Shown here in pieces: positions 62,237-64,000 of a DNA stretch of 64,000 bases. Every line of letters begins with the position of its first letter. Positions within the stretch are counted from its first letter, which is position 1. The position numbers and the translations under genes were made by a program. Where the stretch lies: the IMG/VR virus record IMGVR_UViG_3300020810_001156, positions 1 through 64,000 of that record. One strand, written 5' to 3'. Below the pieces are notes generated by a model. The model was not told where the DNA came from. It saw nothing but the letters and a program-made list of their open reading frames with translations, and ran no database searches.

Positions 62237-64000
62237 TGCCAGCACCAAAAAACATATTAGATATTTTAAAATCTTTGGGAGCAAACAAAGTTCCACCAAA
62301 GAATAATGCCATTATATCATTATCTGATTTAAATAAATCTGGTAAAGCGGGTGGTGGAGCATTTAATCCTATTAATGATATTTTAAAACCAATAAACCCT
62401 ATAAACTATCCAACTAAACCAGTAAATGATTTAGGATTAAAATCAAATATTCCAAATACAAAAAAAGCAAACGAAAAGAAATTGCCTGAGGTATCTTTAT
62501 CAGATAGACCTAAAAATCTAAATGAAGTTGAAGAACAAAAAGATATTGTAACTAAGTTAGATGAGGGAACTCAAGATAATGAAACATCTAATATCTTAGA
62601 TAGAGCAGTTAGTTTAACAATTAATGTTGTTGATGAGTATTCTGTAACTGTACCAGATATTAGAAGAATCACATATCCCAAAGTAATTAGGGGTGCTGAT
62701 TTTATTGGATATGATGTTGATTTTAAATTAAGATTTGATGTAGAAGGATTAGAAAGAAGTGGGTTTGTTGAAGTTGGTATTGGTAGAGTTAAAAATGCAT
62801 TTACAACAAGAGAATTTAATCTTAATTTTAATGTACAAGAGATTCTAATCAACTATCTTGATATGGAAGGTACTGAAGATGTTGATAAAATTAAGATACC
62901 AATATCATTAACTCCTGTAAACCAAAATCTAAGAAAAGAAAAGGTAAGGGGTGAAACAGAAACTTTTACTATTTTATTTGATAAGGGTGATTTAGATATA
63001 CCACGTTCGGTTGCTATTAACAGGATATCAGAAGGATTCATTTCTCAATTTAATAAATGTAGTTTTGATGATTCAACATATCTTACTCACTTATTACATT
63101 TGGGGGATGGTAACAACAAAGTAATAACAACTTGGAGAGGATTGCAAGAAATCACTCAAACTGGTGGTGATGCATCTTCGTTAATTTTAAAGTTATATGA
63201 ACCCCTTTCAAACGATATACAAACAAATCAAAAAGTTTGGATTACTAAAATTCAAACCAATCCTATATTTGAGACACTCACATTATTGGGTGATACGCAG
63301 GATTACTGCCCACCATTACAAGGACCTAATTTTTCGTTAGAATCTGATAATGGTATTGGATATCAAGTATATAGTGATTTACTTGCAAGTGGTTCATCAA
63401 CAAATGATGCACTAATAAGAGAGTATGGTGAAAAAGTTGGTATAGATACCAAAAAATTAAATATTCAATATGTAAGTGGTTCCGAATATGTATTTGAAAA
63501 TTTTGTACATTTTGGTTCGGCTGAAGAAAGAATTAAAAACTTCCAATATAAAGTTGAACTATTAGAATCATATCAAACAAAATATAATAGTTTATCGGTA
63601 TCTCAAGTAGAATTGGGGTATTTATTAGCAGAGGGTGGATTGGTTGATGAATATACAATCATAAGTGAACCAGCTTCTTCCAGTTTACAAATTGAGGCTA
63701 TAAGTGTAACAGCAGCTTCGGTGGTACAAGCTAATCAACAATTGGTTAATATAAACAATCTTATCAAAACATTTGATGGATTTGAAAACTTTTTATATAC
63801 ATCAACCAATTCATTAGCATATCCTAAGAGCGGAAGTTCAATTATAGCATCAACCGATTCTCAGGCAATTGCTTGGTATAATACTGCTGTAAATGAAGCC
63901 GCAACATTTGATAGAAATAATGTAGATTACCTAAACAACAATCTTCCAGAATTTATTAGAGAAGATTATCAGAACGAGGACTTTATGTTGTTTATGGATA
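62236..64000 (+). CDS. large baseplate/virion protein, 3' truncated by window edge
   Basis: ATG overlaps the upstream TAA; frame appears open to the end; NFVHFGSAEERIKNF.YK and final EDFMLFMD. Confidence 0.8.
   Translation, partial: MPAPKNILDILKSLGANKVPPKNNAIISLSDLNKSGKAGGGAFNPINDILKPINPINYPTKPVNDLGLKSNIPNTKKANEKKLPEVSLSDRPKNLNEVEEQKDIVTKLDEGTQDNETSNILDRAVSLTINVVDEYSVTVPDIRRITYPKVIRGADFIGYDVDFKLRFDVEGLERSGFVEVGIGRVKNAFTTREFNLNFNVQEILINYLDMEGTEDVDKIKIPISLTPVNQNLRKEKVRGETETFTILFDKGDLDIPRSVAINRISEGFISQFNKCSFDDSTYLTHLLHLGDGNNKVITTWRGLQEITQTGGDASSLILKLYEPLSNDIQTNQKVWITKIQTNPIFETLTLLGDTQDYCPPLQGPNFSLESDNGIGYQVYSDLLASGSSTNDALIREYGEKVGIDTKKLNIQYVSGSEYVFENFVHFGSAEERIKNFQYKVELLESYQTKYNSLSVSQVELGYLLAEGGLVDEYTIISEPASSSLQIEAISVTAASVVQANQQLVNINNLIKTFDGFENFLYTSTNSLAYPKSGSSIIASTDSQAIAWYNTAVNEAATFDRNNVDYLNNNLPEFIREDYQNEDFMLFMD

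Noticed and set aside
421-63041. Remaining short minus-strand ORFs in the track (e.g. 421, 3553, 35476, 45693, 52672, 59702, 61939)
   Set aside because: They lie antisense to well-supported plus-strand genes and lack promoters or motifs
1-64000. Stop-codon reassignment (TAG/TGA recoding seen in some large phages)
   Set aside because: Recognisable genes are full length in code 11 and end at TAA, TAG or TGA, often overlapping the next start; coding density is already high
1-64000. Bacterial chromosome or prophage origin of the metabolic genes
   Set aside because: Baseplate genes, dense small ORFs and a phage sigma factor are present; no integrase, att site, rRNA or ribosomal-protein cluster is seen

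Overview
AT-rich, gene-dense fragment of a large lytic, contractile-tailed dsDNA phage, read in standard code 11. The host is almost certainly a member of Bacteroidota. Evidence for this: many TTTG-N20-TAnnTT[T/A]G promoters, signal peptides cleaved before Gln, T9SS-type domains and a Flavobacteriia-like TonB-dependent receptor. From left to right the window holds: (1) small early ORFs behind repeated promoter cassettes; (2) a lysozyme-like gene and a sugar aminotransferase/acyl-CoA dehydrogenase/acyltransferase/sulfotransferase operon; (3) an IMPDH/GMPR, a cytidylyltransferase and an HNH gene; (4) a largely non-coding control region at about 13.95-17.05 kb with DnaA boxes, an MraZ-type 10-bp box array, divergent promoters, candidate sRNAs, a non-canonical tRNA-Gly(UCC) and a GC-rich structured island; (5) a minus-strand TonB-dependent receptor and an SF2 helicase; (6) an 8.5-kb operon of exported proteins (CsgG-like, cohesin/dockerin/PA14 scaffolds, stand-alone T9SS-CTD-like lipoproteins, a beta-barrel with a polyacidic stalk); (7) nucleotide, stress and repair genes (dCMP deaminase, PhoH, NT5C, HD, Hsp20, UvsE, a catalytically degenerate peptide deformylase); (8) a gp55-like sigma factor and a PAS histidine kinase/response regulator cluster; (9) the start of the baseplate module (gp5-, gp25- and gp6-like). 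The most novel candidates are the exported surface-assembly operon, the DnaA/MraZ-box locus, the aberrant tRNA-Gly and the phage two-component system. Family assignments come from motif recognition only; no searches were run.
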